Assembly: GCA_964016885.1 (NCBI GenBank)
Contig: OZ024745.1
Span: 29,946,001-30,010,000, forward strand
Direction of reading: 5' to 3'
DNA length: 64,000 nt
From: Eledone cirrhosa
Taxonomy: Eukaryota
Shown piece after piece: positions 49,537-64,000 of this stretch. Numbering within the stretch: the stretch's first letter is position 1; the number at the start of each line of letters is the position of its first letter. Position numbers and translations under genes: made by a program. A model generated the notes under the pieces. The model did no database searches and was not told the DNA's origin. It saw nothing but the letters and a program-made list of their open reading frames with translations.

Positions 49537-51270
49537 TTCATTAGAAATATGGAAACAAAAAGGTTAATCATATATATGTGTGTGTGTATATATATTATTA
49601 TCGTTTATCCATATATTTTTTATACACAGTGCCTCGTTAGCAAAACATTGACAAATGCTTCCCCAGGGACCACCACATGGAGGTGGATGTTGGCTTGGAC
49701 CCCTTCAGGTCTTTTAATGTAGATTAATACCCTATTTTATTGTTTTTACTTCCTTTTACTGTCTTTATATGAAGAATACTCCATAAGATTAAGTTAGGAA
49801 CATTATCTGAGTAGATTGTACTACAGGGACAACTGTATGGAGGTAAAGTTGGCTTGGTCCCCTTTGGCCATCCTTTATATAGAAACTGTGATTATCATTC
49901 ACAATCGAGTATGACTTGGTGTTATGTACTATGCTTTTGCTAAATCTTTTTAGGTGTGAAGGCACCTGGCCTGAAGAAAAGCTAAATACAAGAGGTTTTC
50001 CAATGTTCTGTGATATGAGGATCAGTGAAGAGAGGGGCTCTTGCTTGCAAAACTGTTCATATCAGCAGTTTGATACCTCTTAAACCCAGCTTTCTGAGCT
50101 CATTTGTGCTTCAATGTTCAGTCACTGTTACACGTCCAGTAGATTATACCTCATTCAATGCCCATGTCTTGCTATCATGCAACATCACACTTTGTACACA
50201 ACCATCCTACAATCTACTCTTCACCTTGAGAGACTAACCTTTGATTATGTGAAGGGCTACATAGTGTGTACCTTACTTCACTAGGTATTTACTGTATTTT
50301 AGATATCCCTGATTGTGCTGCTGCTTTCCATGTCTTTAATTGTGTTATCAGTAGAGTGGATATGTAGGGGCTGAGTGGGCATACAGTTGTCTATAGTATA
50401 GGGGTTATGTATGGATTATATATTATTGCAGTTATATAGACCCATGCTAGTGTGGAAGATGGACGTTAAACGATGATGATGATGATAACAGTGGCTACAC
50501 ATCACTGTTTAATGTCTATTTTCCATGCTTGCATGAATTTGACAGCTATCATGTGCTGAGGCCTGATTGGTTAAGGGATCATGTATTGCTTGTAGTTCCA
50601 TTTTTGGATTAGTTTCTATGGTTGAATGTCCTTAACACTAACCACTGGCAGTATTGGTAGAGGGTTGGACGCCATGCTTTCTAGCATAGTTACGTCCCTT
50701 TACAGTCTGGGTTCAAATCTCGCCGAGGTTAACTTTGCCTTTCATCCTTACGGGGTCGATAAAATAAAGTACCAGTAATGTACTGGGTAATTGCTGGCCT
50801 TGTGCCTAAAGTAGAAACAAGTATGTACTGTAGGCATAGTTTTTATAGCTGGATGCCCTTCCTAACATCAACCACCTTACAGTGTCTACTGGCAACATTT
50901 TGTTGACTCTGGCGCTATCACCTTATAGTGCAGACTGGGTGCTTTTCATTGTGACACCAGCACTACCACATAACAGAGGGCTGTGTACATTTTTGTTGTG
51001 AAACCATCACTGGGGAGACATTACTAGGAGTGGAGGGGTTGGTCATACCTTTGTGGAAGCATTGGGTTATGGAGGTGACCTTGGGAAGAGTAAGTTGCAT
51101 CTAGCAGTATATTGGGAGGCATGCCTGACTTTCCATGCTGGCATAGGTTGGACCAGGGTGTAGTTCTTTCTTTCATATTGACATAAGTTGTGCAGGGAGC
51201 ATGAATTAGGGATGAAGTAGGGTAGGTGCTTTTTTTTTTGTTTAACTATTATTATTGTTTATTATTACAG

Positions 51271-51372
51271 AAAAACCACAACAACTACAGCAAAAAGATC
51301 TGCAACACCAGCTGGAGGTGGTGGTGCTGGTATGTGGCGGTTTTACACTGAAGATTCACCTGGAATTAAAGT
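51271..51372 (+). CDS. SEC61B: Sec61 beta, exon 3
   Basis: Acceptor ttattacag, donor GT|GTAAGT. Encodes KTTTTTAKRSATPAGGGGAGMWRFYTEDSPGIK(V), the Sec61b signature. Confidence 0.95.
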
Positions 51373-51565
51373 GTAAGTAATAACTTGATTTCATCAAAAT
51401 ATGTTGACCAAAACTGGCCTCCCATTTTAATGGTCAAATCTTGAATTGTTGCTCACTGAATTAGGACTACAGGGTTTTCTTTCTTTCCATTATGGAAATG
51501 TTTCTATAGCAAATAATCGATATTACATGTTTCTCCTCTCATGCTACATTTTCTTGGTTAATTAA

Positions 51566-51997
<432 letters not shown>

Positions 51998-54149
51998 GGA
52001 ACAACTCAATAGACCACAACACATTCAATCACTTTTTTTCTCAGGCAACTGGTGAATTACATTTAACATCTATATATATATATATGTCCATTCAATACTA
52101 TTTCTCCTTCCTTCTTTAATTTTTATTTTTGCAAGATTGAGAGCAGAGGGAATGAAATAAATAAGTGGAAATATTTCTCAAAGGCCCTAACAGTTTAGGT
52201 ACCACAGAAAAAAAAAATAAAGAAACTGATTTGAGCATGAGTTTTCATGTTATTTATTATTATCAATATTAATATTGTTTCAGTACATTGCTGTGAGATC
52301 TGCGATAATCACTAGGCAACTTTTCATGCTGCTGATAATAGCTGGAATAAACAAGAGAATTAGTATATGATATTGAGATATACAACATAAGATTATTGAT
52401 GGGAAATGAAGCACTATCTTTTAAAGCATCCAAAACTACAAAGACGCTCACTAGACAACTGAGTGGGAATTCTCCATTTTAAGGTCTGCTTTCCCTGTTA
52501 GCTGGGGATCTGTGTCTCATGTTCCACCAAGTGCACGGGAGAGGTGATCATGTGCTTTGGTAATCCATCTGAATATCGATCTCTGACGCTTTAGGTAATG
52601 TCTCTACACTCACACTGTCTATGGTGTTGCTGTTCCATGCATGGTTGAATGCACCCTTCCACATCTAAGAATTGGGTTTATTACAGATACGACCTAACTT
52701 TTGAGTTCCTTATTGGTCAGACATATATACACGTAGTTGTTACTAATTCAGCCTAGTATGGCTATACAATTATTCATGTTAATACAACTTAAAAATTATA
52801 AGAAAGATATGACTTATGGTCAAGTTCCATTGAAAATATATAATATATATAAAAAAAGAATACTCACTCGCAGTTGTACATCAGCTTCCTGTCGTCAGGA
52901 AACCACTCTGGTCTGCCATGCTTTACCACTGGATGCAGTGGAGGTTTTTCAATATCATCACTAGAAATTAAATCAAATTTGTATTGTTTTACTGACAGAT
53001 TTTCTTATTTTATTTTTATACTGCTTAAAACCCTTGAGATCAAACTGCTCCTGATTCTCTGACACAAATTTCATTGGATAAAATGCTTTGTAGCATTTAG
53101 TTATAGGCCATTACAGTCAAATGTTCAAATCCCACCTAGGTTAACTTTACCTTTCCTCCTTCTGGGGTCTGTTTAATAAAGCATCAGTAAAGTACTGGAG
53201 TCGATTTAATCAGCTTTGGGCTTATGTTTGAAACAATTGATATAAAAACGTTCCACCATAATTTTGTGTAAGAACATGTTCCAAACACCATAACACTGCC
53301 TGAAACTACCCCTGGTTCTGTGAACTATGAGAATCATTATTTCTACATTTACTTTTCCATGCTGGCATATGTTGGATGGGACCTTTTGAAGCAATGTCTT
53401 ACAGCTGGATGCTTTTAACACTAACCCTTTTAGTCACTTCTTATGTGCAGGGATATGGTGAACTTATTCTAAACTGGTTTCATCATAATCTCATAAGAAC
53501 CTTTTGATACAAAACCAACAGAAAACACCCCAAGTTCTATGATACTAAGCTGCTTATCTTTATCTAAAAGCCTTCTGTCATAATTATATGTAAAAAGTCT
53601 ATATTTATCTAAGATCTTTCCATCATAAATGTAAGCACCTTTAAGTTATGTTCTAAACACTAACTTAATATTGAGGTTATTAAATCCTCCAGATTACTGA
53701 TTTTCAACATGGCAATGTTAGGGAAAGGCAGTCAGTGTCCAGGACCTCCAAGATACTTGGACAGGAAGGAAGAAGTATGTCTTTATTGTTTGCAACAGTG
53801 TACACTTTGCTAAAGGCACTCATTGGCCAGGTGGTGGTGTTAAACCAGCTAAAGAGAGATAAATATGTTTATCCAGTCAATATTTACACTCTGTATATCC
53901 CTGTGTCCATCTGGTCAATGGACACGAGAAAGCCCTGAAATGGCACCTAAATAAAAATGGTTAGTGGTTGTCAAACAAGAAATCCTTCAATGTTACCCAC
54001 CTCTGTATATGATAAGGATGAAACTTGGCTGGAATTCTCAGCTGAAAAATATTAAATGTAATTTTCAATATTAATATATATGTAATATTGTATCAATGTA
54101 TCTTATTTTCATGTTTCGATATTTTATTGATATTGTGACTAAAAACTCA

Positions 54150-54520
54150 ATAAGATAAGTCAACATTGGGTAGATGTGGGATCTGTAAGACATGCAGAAC
54201 ACAGTCTGTCTAGGAGGGCTGTGACTCCAAATAAAATAAGACTGCATGGGACAGATATGGGCTCCATAAGCCATAGAGAAAGTAGCCCTTCTAGGAGGGC
54301 AGTGGCTCTGAATGAAATACTCCATGGGGTCTATAAGCTGAAATGTAGGCAACCCATCTTGAAGAGCACTCACTCTGAATAAAACTAAGTTGTGAAGGCA
54401 ACTCATCTAGGAGCGCAGTGACACCCATTAAAAACAACTGCATGGGGCAGACCTGGACTTCATAAACTATAATGAAGGCAGCCCATCTAGGAGAGAAGGC
54501 ACTAAATAAAAAGTGATATA
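54150..54520. repeat. Degenerate tandem repeat, about 65-85-bp unit
   Basis: Recurring CATCTAGGAGGGCAGTG..CTC..AAT motif. Confidence 0.55.
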
Positions 54521-54769
54521 GGGTGGAGAGGACTCTTGAGTCAAGTAAAACAATCTCACGAGTGCTGGTGGCACGAATAATGCACCCAGTCCACATAAAG
54601 TGGTTGGTGATAGGAAGGGCATCCAGCCAAAATTATGACAAGCACATGATTCACACTAATTGCATATGCAGGGCTCATACTAGTCATGTGAGAACCCTTC
54701 AACTGCCATCAAGCTTATTGTACAGCCTTTTTCTCTTCCAAGTACAAAACTACTCAGAGAACTAACCAC

Positions 54770-55680
54770 TGTCAAGTTAGAAATCTCAGGACTGCCACTC
54801 TCAATGTTGGCATCCTGAAGGAAATTGTGGAACTGTTAGAGAGGAGAGAAATGGATATATGCTGTGTACAAGAGGTGAGATGGAGGGATGCCTCAGTGAG
54901 ACTACTCAGGAAAACAACATAGATACAAATTTTTCTGGGTAGCTGGTGTAGGCATTTTACTGTGAGAAAATGGATAGATAAGGTGATAGAGGTATTTAGA
55001 ATTATCAAGCTGAGAATAGCTGTAGGAAATAGAATGGTGACAATTACATCTACCTATGCACCTGTAGGCAGAACTGAGTAAAGGACAGGTTCTATAAGGA
55101 ACTTTTATAGACAACCTCAGCTACTGATGAAAAAGACCTTGTGATCTTGAAGGTGACTTCAATGGATATGTTGGACAGTACCAGGATTAGTTCACTAGAA
55201 TTTTGTGATGCAAATGAACTAACCAAATTTCAGGAAACCAGCCAGCCACCTGACCACACCAATCAGGCAAACATACAAGCCAGATAGATTTCTTGTTTGT
55301 AAGACAAGATAGATGGACAGTAATAAATGCTAAGGCCTTTGCTACCCAACACAAGCTAGTTATTAGTGACATCAGAATAAACATGAGGGAACAAGATATG
55401 CAGGAAAATATGGAGATAGAAGATTTGGAAGCTAAAGGACGTTTCTGTGAAATATAGGTTTAGAAAGGTTCAATGGGATGGAGGTATGAAAGGAGAGATA
55501 AGTTAAATACATATGACAGGACAACTGAAAATGCTTATGTAATAATCTATTGTGAACTACTGATGAGACTTGTGGCTAAAGCAAAGTATCAGCCAGGCAG
55601 AGGGTGACATGATGTTGGAACAGCTAAGAGATAAGACTGGAAAAATGGGTGTAGCAGGTAACTAAGGTAACTAAGAGTGT
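54770..55680 (+). mobile_element. RTE-clade LINE APE endonuclease relic
   Basis: ATLNVG, DICCVQEVRW, YAP, GDFNG and SQIDFL motifs in shifting frames. Confidence 0.7.
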
Positions 55681-55688
55681 ATCTAGAC

Positions 55689-55878
55689 CAAGTATGTCAA
55701 ACTGAGGGCCTACATATCATACATGTGTGGTCTGAGGGCCAAACACGACAACTAAGTGTGTACATTACAACTAATTTTTTAAAATTTTATATTACGAAGA
55801 TAAAACATGCTTGCGCTGTAAAGACCTTTGTGTGGGCCACAGGTGTGCCTGTAAAGGGCTGCATGTTTGACATGCCTG
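55689..55878. mobile_element. hAT (Charlie-like) MITE
   Basis: TIRs CAAGTATGTCAAAC / GTTTGACATGCCTG; 8-bp TSD ATCTAGAC / ATCTAAAC. Confidence 0.75.
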
Positions 55879-56743
55879 ATCTAAACAACAAGTATACATA
55901 GCTCAGAAAGAGGCCTGGAAATGAATGAATGGGAGGAAGATAGACCATCCACCTGACCCAACAGAGAGACTAACTATTAAAATTGACACTAAGTACACTG
56001 GCATCATTCTGGACACACTTGTCTCCAACAACATCCTGATTTGCACTGGCACACTGCCTTGCAATGTGGAACACCACACGTCTCTGATCTTCCCGTTGCA
56101 GAACATTGGCAAACCTCCTACTCTCAACCTCCCTGCATGCTAAGTATACCTAACATCTAGCTTCTCTCTTAGTGGCTGTGTATCCGTCTCTACTCCCACC
56201 CTTTTTCCAAGCTTTCCATGCCAGTCTTTTGTCTCTAATGGCCCTATCTACCGTGCTGTTCCACCACCAGGTCACTCTCTGTCTGGTTGAAGCTCTGCAG
56301 TAGCTTGCAGTAAGTTGTCACGCAAGAAATTCTAGTTATCATCTATGTCTTGTAGAAGCCATTTTGGCATTTTATATATAAAATGCCAAAATCAGTTTGG
56401 TATGAGCAAGACATGGTTACCTGACCTAGCATTGCTCATAACAAGACAACTTGTCTAACCAATGCTAACATGGAAAAATGGATGTTAAATGATGTTGATG
56501 AATATAATAGGTAGGTATTTAACAATAGTTATCGGCAGTTCGCCAATCAGGGCACTCAATGTAGTTTGAATGTGTTCTGCAAATATCTGAGGAGTTGTTG
56601 ATGCAGAGTGGTGTCCTGGTCATCATGATCACATCTTGAGATGATCGATATCAAAACAATTGTCATATGTGAATAAAGTTTGTATATGATGCAACCTTGA
56701 AACTTTGTTCCTATGTATATATATATATGATAATGATGATATA

Positions 56744-56890
56744 CAGAGAAACCTTGGTTCTTGAAGGCTGTTTGTCATCTGAAATGTTCGTAAACTGAAA
56801 CTATTTTTCCCATACAAAATGTTGAAAGAGAAGTTTTATGTCAGAAAAATTGTTCATGATGAGAGTCGTTCGTGAACCGAGGTTCCACTA
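56744..56890. mobile_element. pogo/Tigger-like MITE
   Basis: Imperfect TIRs CAGAGAAACCTTGGTTC / GAACCGAGGTTCCACTA flanked by TA. Confidence 0.6.
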
Positions 56891-56900
56891 TATATATATA

Positions 56901-57728
56901 CTAGCTGAATCGCCCGAGTTACTGCTGTTATTCAGATTAGTAAACAATAAATATGAAGATATGATTTTTTTTTTTCTCATAATTATCTACATTTTATAAA
57001 AAAAATATTAAAATTGTAATGATAATAGAATTTAGAAATAAAAATCTTTTAATCTTGAAGCACCTTAGGGTAAACAATATTCATTGTGTAATCCATGTAT
57101 GTGTATTTAATAATGTACCTAATGAACGTGCAAACACACACACATTCATATACAAAATGTGACATCCTATTGTTTTAATCCAAATGAAAATAATCACTCA
57201 TACACTCACACACATATACTAACATAGACACACAGACATACATTCACACACACGTGTCTGTCATCACGTGTGTGTGTTTAATTGTCTGTACACACTCATA
57301 AAATGTGACGTGGTGGTGGTTTACTATAGTTGACTTAAGAAAATATATTATGTCAGTCAACACACATTCACATACATATACTAAGACACATACAAAATAT
57401 GTCAACACTCACATACACTCACACACATTATATGTATGTATGTGTAGATGTGTGTGTGTTTAATTCTCTGAGGCCTAACATAAATAACGAACGCATAAAC
57501 ACACACTCATATACAAAATGTGAGTTGTCGTCATCGTCGTGGTTTACTATAGTTGATTAAGAATATTATTTTAGATAAAATCTTACATTGTTTTAATCCA
57601 AATGAAAATAAAAATTACGTGTTGACACTCCCAGAGTCAAATACCTTGTAAAATTTGATTTGATTTGGTCCAGCCGTTAGAGAATGCATAGGAACAGACA
57701 GAGACAAAGAATTTTATATGTATATAGA
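56901..57728 (-). mobile_element. Non-autonomous Helitron-like element
   Basis: Minus strand starts A|TCTATATA and ends CAGCTAG|T. Its 3' end resembles the one at 8726; internal degenerate repeats. Confidence 0.65.
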
Positions 57729-59594
57729 TTAATGATAGGTACTCTGATGATAGTACCTTTCTATATTGGCATTGACCACTAACTCATTCATCTTCACACT
57801 CACTAATACCAAGTGACTGTACTTACCAATTGCATGCTATCAATCTTTCCTGGTAATTTTATCTCCCTACCTCTTATGGAATCTTGGAATCTAAGTCCTG
57901 GAACATATAGGATACATAGACATGATACATAGGATGTAGAATGAGTTGACATACATAAATATGAAGTGGTTGGTATTAGGAAGGGCTTCCACCTATAGAA
58001 ACCATACCACAAAAAAATACACTCAGTAAACCCTGTTAGGTGGTTGGTTATTGGAAGTACTTTCAGCTGTAGAAGCCATGATAAAAACGGATGAGGGTAC
58101 TTTTCAGTTGGGTCAAGCGTACAACAACCTCTTTAGTGCTGGTGCCATGATAAAACACACCCACTACACTCTGTAAAGTGGTTGGGGATAGTAAGGGCAT
58201 CCAGTTATGGAAAACCTGTCAAACAATGGATCAAGACGACTCTTCAGCTGTGTCGAAGACACGACAACCTCATTAGTGCTGATGCAATGATAAAAATATA
58301 CCTGGTGCATTCTGTAAAGTGTGGGAACATGTAAGCAAGTTGCAGCCCCTGGCCCATTTGAGAGGTTAGTGGGTCTGAGTGAGTGCTGACTTGAACTATG
58401 ACAAACTGTTCAACCCTAGCTCGTAGGGAAAACAAATGTTAAATGATGGTGATGTTAATGATGATGGTGATGATGTACAATGAAAACTCATTAATTACCT
58501 GTTGTTTTAAACACATCTCTAGATTTCTCTATGGTAACTGGTGTCTGAAATATAGAGAGGTGGATTGTATAGTGGTGGTTGTGTGAGGTGATGGGGTCAG
58601 TGTTATGCTAGTAATGGTAGTGGTGGCGTGGTTGTTAAGGTGGTGGTGGTAGTGGTGTTCGTGATTTTATTGCAAAATAAATTAATACAACAGCAAATAT
58701 TCCATGGTCTCCAGTGGAGAAAATGACAAATACATTGTTGTTACATTATTTTGGAGGACAGCAAAGGGAGATACACTGAGATAGCCATTCTACATTGTAG
58801 ATGTTGACCATGTGTTTACAGATGGCCATCTCTGTCCCAATTAGAGTGAATACGAAGGAGGTTTAGGTACCCAGGAGAGCAGATATTTTCACTGCTATCT
58901 TCAACAAGAAGCTAGTCTACCTTGCAGGGCTCCATTCTCACAGATGACCATCTCAACCTCAATTGAAGTAACAGGCTGTAGATCGCAAGCTATCAAATTA
59001 TTCGTTGCTTCTCATGTTTTTTTTTGTAGAACACTTAATGGCAGAAACATCTAGTTTCACTCTCCACAACCACCCCCCTACTGAAGTAGCCTGGCATATT
59101 TTAGACAGGAGAAACATCTAGTGCGCTGCCACCACCGTCCCCCAATCCCTCTCTCAACCACTTCCCTACTCAAGTAACCTTGTTGAAGAGAGTAAAAACG
59201 TCTAGTAGCCCCTCCCTAACCATCTCCCTTACTCCTGTAACCTGATTTGTTGAAGACACAGTGATGGACATATCTGGTAACTTGGGTCTGGGTCTCTGAA
59301 CCATATCCCTGTTCAATTCTAATAGGATGGAGTTTGCCTTCTCCAAGGATGAGCCCATCAAAGTAGATTGGCTTATCCCCCTCATCACCATCATTCCCCC
59401 TCCCCATTATTTCATATATTGGGGCCCATGAAACATTTGCATGACATACTGTGTTTTACTTTCCTTCTTTTAAATGCTTTCAGTCATTACAATACAGCAA
59501 TGCTGAGGCAGTGCGTTGATTTAGTCAATTATATCAATCCCCTGCATTGTTCAAGTCGGATACTTATTTTATTGATCTCTTTTTGCTGAACTAT

Positions 59595-59632
<38 letters not shown>

Positions 59633-59860
59633 CATACATACAATAGACAGTTTCTGTCAACCAAATTCTACTCACAAGGCATTGGTCAATCTGGGGCTAT
59701 AATTGTTTCTATATTTGGCACAAGGCCAGCAATTATCCCAGTGTAGTTTTGGTGCTTTATTTTATCAACCCTGTAAGGATGAAAAGCAAAGTTAACCTCG
59801 GTGGGATTTGACCTCAGACCATAAAGGGACGTAATTCTTTATGGTCCGAGTTCAAATCCC

Positions 59861-62800
59861 GCCGAGGTTAACTTTGCCTTTCATCCTTACGGGGTAGATA
59901 AAATAAAGTACCAATAATGCACTAGGATAATTGCTGGCCTTGTGCCAAAAGTAGAAACAATTATTAAAAGGGACTGTTTTGGTTGGTTTAGCATAAAAAG
60001 GGTTAACAAAGGACCCTAAGTTTTTAAATAAATGGTTTTGTATTATAGAACTAGCGACAGTTTAGCATCAAAAGGGTTGTTTTGAGCATAACGTGAAGGT
60101 ATTTAGATAAAGTTATGTATTTTGGATAAAAAGGATGGTTTGATACCAAAAGGGTCAAAGAATGTGCTGCAATGTGAAGAGAACAATGTTTTTTTGTTTG
60201 TTTTTTTCCATTATTTTAATATTTTTATCTTTAAAATAAAGCTTTCATGAATATCTACAATGAAATGTAAATTTATTTAACCTATTATTCTGCTATGGGG
60301 GTTGTTTTGTTTTTGAAAGTGTGTCAAATATATATATTTCATGTCTGTGAGGGTGCCATAATAAAATGAACTCAGAGCATTTGGTAGAACATGCTAATGT
60401 TGTATTTATGTGAGATGCTGACTTGGTCTGTGACAACCTGTACAACCCTGATTAACAGAGGGAAATGGACATTAAATGATGGTGATGAAGATGCTTATTG
60501 GTTGACATGAAAATAAAAGACAGACAAGTGAATTGGAAGATATTTCGAGAGATAAAAGCAGGGAGATACATTTAATACTTGGACTTGGAATAAGTCCTAC
60601 TGTATAGCTGATTTGTGTTATTCTTCACTCCCCCCTCCTCTCTTTCTCTGTATATATATATATATACACATACATACATACATATATGCAGAGAGAGAAA
60701 GCAGGGCCGTAGACAATATTAAAATAAACCCTAAGGTCTTCTTTAAATTTGCAAAAGAGACTGCCTCGGTACACTGCAAGATTGGGCCACTCTTCCATAA
60801 AGATGGTTCATTAACCGAGAATCCCCAATAGATAAGTGAAATACTGAATGAACAGTACAAAAGTGTTCACACCTTCATTGAGGCACATGCAAATAACAAA
60901 GCCAGAGGATTTCTTTGATGCCACAACACTCCTTGAAGAAATGGCGACCATCAACCACATAGACATAATGGAGGAAGATGTGGTATCCGCCATAGACAAA
61001 ATTAGAACAAACTCAGCTGCTGGACCTGATGGATTCCCTGCAGTCCTAAAAACATGTAAACGTGCCTTAGCAAGACCACTGACGACCCCCTTCAGAATTT
61101 CTTTGGCTAGTGGTAAACTATCCAGAGAACTAAAAGAAGGCACAATATCCCCTATCCATAAAGGAGGTAGTGGAGCAGAGGGCAAAAACTATAGGCCAGT
61201 CACCCTGATGTCACATATCAGTAAGGTCAAGGAACGAATCATCAGAAAGAAACTGATCACAGTCCTCGAGGAAAATGACCGCCTAACTAGCACATAGCAT
61301 GGCCTTTGCCCAGGAAGAAGCTGCCTTACACAGCTGTTACAACACTATGACTGGGTACTGAAACAACTGCTAAACAGCTCACATGTTGATATTATATATC
61401 TTGACTTTGCAAAGGCCTTTGACAAGGTCGACCATGAAATGATGTCACAAACTACACAGACTCGGCATAACTGGAAAAGTAGATGAGTGGCTGCATGAGT
61501 TCTTAAAAGACTTAGTTGGAATATACCTCATACATAAACTTAGAAATGAAATCCCCGCACTACAAGGTACATTACTGGTACTTTATTTTATCGATCCCGT
61601 AAGGATGAAAGGCAAAGTTAACCGCTGCCATTACACCAAGGTACCCTACTATTTAATCCTTTTCCCAATAGTCATAAACAATTCTTACTTTCTCAAATTT
61701 CCTCGTTTCTAAAATACAGGTTCGTATATATACATATGTATGTGTGTGTACTTATTAATGTATATGTGTATATATGAATAATATATATATATATGTAGAA
61801 GTTCTATTTAAATTGTTGGGATACAACAAGCAAATATTTTTATAATTGATATAAAGCACTCAACAAATAATTGGAGTAAAAATACGATATTAACAAATGG
61901 AAACTATATTTATAAAACCATATTTATTTCATACATATTTCAAGGACACCAAGTCAAATTATGGTGTGCTTTCATCAGATAAAATATAATATAGAGCAGT
62001 TTTATAAATAAATATTGACATACCCTTAAAGAATGCAACCATTACTGTTGGAAGCTCCCGGATAGTGAGGTTATAAATTTATTTATACTATTATGTAAAT
62101 TATTATTGGATATTTTTAAATGAGAGTAGATTTAAATAAGCCGTTGGTTTACTGAGAAAGAAAAAAAGAGAGAGAGATAAAAAAAAAAGAGAAGAAAGAG
62201 CAGGCTGACCCTGAGCAGATACAGAAGCTTAGGAATAGACAGGTAGTTCCTGAGTAAGAAGAAACCTTGATGGGGTTCGATAACAAGGCCAACCATCTTC
62301 GATTGGAAGGTTGACTCGAAGGCCAGGTCTGTGATTGGGGCTCCTAAGGAGCACCAAGCCGACGGGGGAGGGACCGTGATGGAAGGGAAGGACTCAGCAA
62401 TATATATATAAGCAATGAGTTATTTAATTTGTTGGTTATTCAACAAATTTAGTTTATATCAGATTAGAAGCACTCTCCAAATTTCTTCTGGAGTATAATA
62501 TCAATAATATTAATAAATGGAGACTATCTTTATAAAACCATATTTATTTTATTATATATATTTCAAGGGTACCAACATTTTTTGGTACGTTCTCATCAGA
62601 TAAAATACAAAAGTTGTTTTACAGATAGTGACATATTCAAAATTAGAACTTAACGTTTTGTGTTCTGTTTGAAATATATATAATTGTTTCTACATTTGGC
62701 ACAAGGCCAGCAATTATCCCAGTGTATAACTAGTGCTTTATTTTATCGACCCCGTAAGGATGAAAGGCAATATATATAATAAAATAAATATGGTTTTATA

Positions 62801-63724
62801 AAGATAGTTTCCATTTATTAATATTATTGATATATATATAAATGGTGAGTAATATTAAATATTACTCAGTTACAAGTATGAATATAGCTCAATGTAATAT
62901 ATAATTTGGGTGGTCTTCTGCTAGCATGTGTAGTGTGCATATTGATATCATGCAAATATACATGCATGTAGATATGATACATCAAATAAAATCGTAATTG
63001 ACAATATGCACAAAAATTGAAGAGGGACTATGTTACACTCTCTTCTGTAATCAGTAAAGTAATCCATTATATATTTAAAAAAAAACGATATTATATGTTG
63101 ATTGGCAGTATTGGTAGAGGGTCGGACATCATGCTTTGACACATAGAGTTACGGCCCTTTCCATTCTGAGTTCAAATCCTGCCAATGTTAACTTTGCCTT
63201 TCATCCTTACGGGGTCGGTAATATAAAGTACCAGCAATGCACTGAGTAATTGCTGGCCTTGGGCCTATTCAGGACACAATCCTGCACTCTTCCTTTATTA
63301 TATGATGATGATTGTATGCGTGTAAATATGCAGAGTTATCTGTCCTTTAGTGATGACGTTAACTAACTCACACTCGTCAAGAGAGTTATCTATCCTGTAT
63401 CCGTTTAAATGTTGTCTACATCATAAGTGAGAGACGTGTGACTTCCGTCTACGTTGCACTTACCATTCCATTCTTTTCTCTCCGGCACACGATATGGTAA
63501 TGTCACACATTTTGTTAATATTAATTACTCTGCTTTTATTATTTATGTTAACAACACTTTCAATACTCTATTGTTGTGGTTTAATCTAGAGCCAGCGCTC
63601 CAAGATCTACTCTATAATTTGTAATATGTCCTGCTTTATTTAAGACAGTATGGTATGATTTGAAAGAGGTCTCGTTACTATTTCGATCAGGTTTAACTGC
63701 CTCTTAGAGATTACCTCGTCTTTA

Positions 63725-63772
<48 letters not shown>

Positions 63773-64000
63773 TCTCTATGTAAGTATTTATGTGTGAATG
63801 TTGTGTTACACCATCTCAATCTATAAACTACGGTATGTATCCAACAGTGATATGGTATCCCACAGAACACAACGGAGTATCAATTTACGGATAAACGTTA
63901 AGACAGTTTTGTATATAAAGTTATATATATACACCAAATCAGGGCGTGGTTTGTGGGAGATTTGGGTATTATTTCTAACATTTGTAACTGTCATTGACTC
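59861..64000 (+). repeat. Segmental duplication, copy 2 (runs off the window end)
   Basis: Direct copy of 41192-45356, offset about 18.65 kb. The left boundary lies inside a SINE. Confidence 0.95.
63494..63496 (+). CDS. SEC61B: Duplicated SEC61B exon 1 ATG (rest of this copy would lie beyond the window)
   Basis: Same ATG|GTAATG context as 44846, inside the duplicated segment. Confidence 0.45.

Noticed and set aside
50020-50065. Additional hammerhead-like motifs here and near 51720, 52890 and 57745
   Set aside because: The core or stems are too degenerate to support a ribozyme call.

Overview
AT-rich, repeat-dense animal genomic DNA, not prokaryotic. The (TA)n/(CA)n microsatellites and the tRNA-derived SINE, RTE and Penelope repertoire suggest a coleoid cephalopod such as octopus (inference). 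Two recognisable spliced genes lie on +. One is a short (282 aa) ARHGAP11-like RhoGAP: exons 2773-2892, 28954-29036, 29647-29749 and 35207-35749, with a 26-kb intron 1. The other is SEC61B (95 aa): ATG-ending exon 44846-44848, then 49310-49404, 51271-51372 and 51910-51997. Between them I assembled by hand a phase-consistent 9-exon minus-strand candidate gene (about 150 aa, with 8-nt and 18-nt microexons) whose first coding exon overlaps the SEC61B start codon in antisense. It is unverified. The last 4.1 kb nearly duplicates 41192-45356 (offset about 18.65 kb), including that shared first-exon region. The window also holds several minimal Penelope-type hammerhead ribozyme motifs, three large minisatellites (two with higher-order structure, one derived from a SINE), and many SINE, LINE, Helitron and MITE relics. 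The longest ORFs in the track are minisatellite artefacts.
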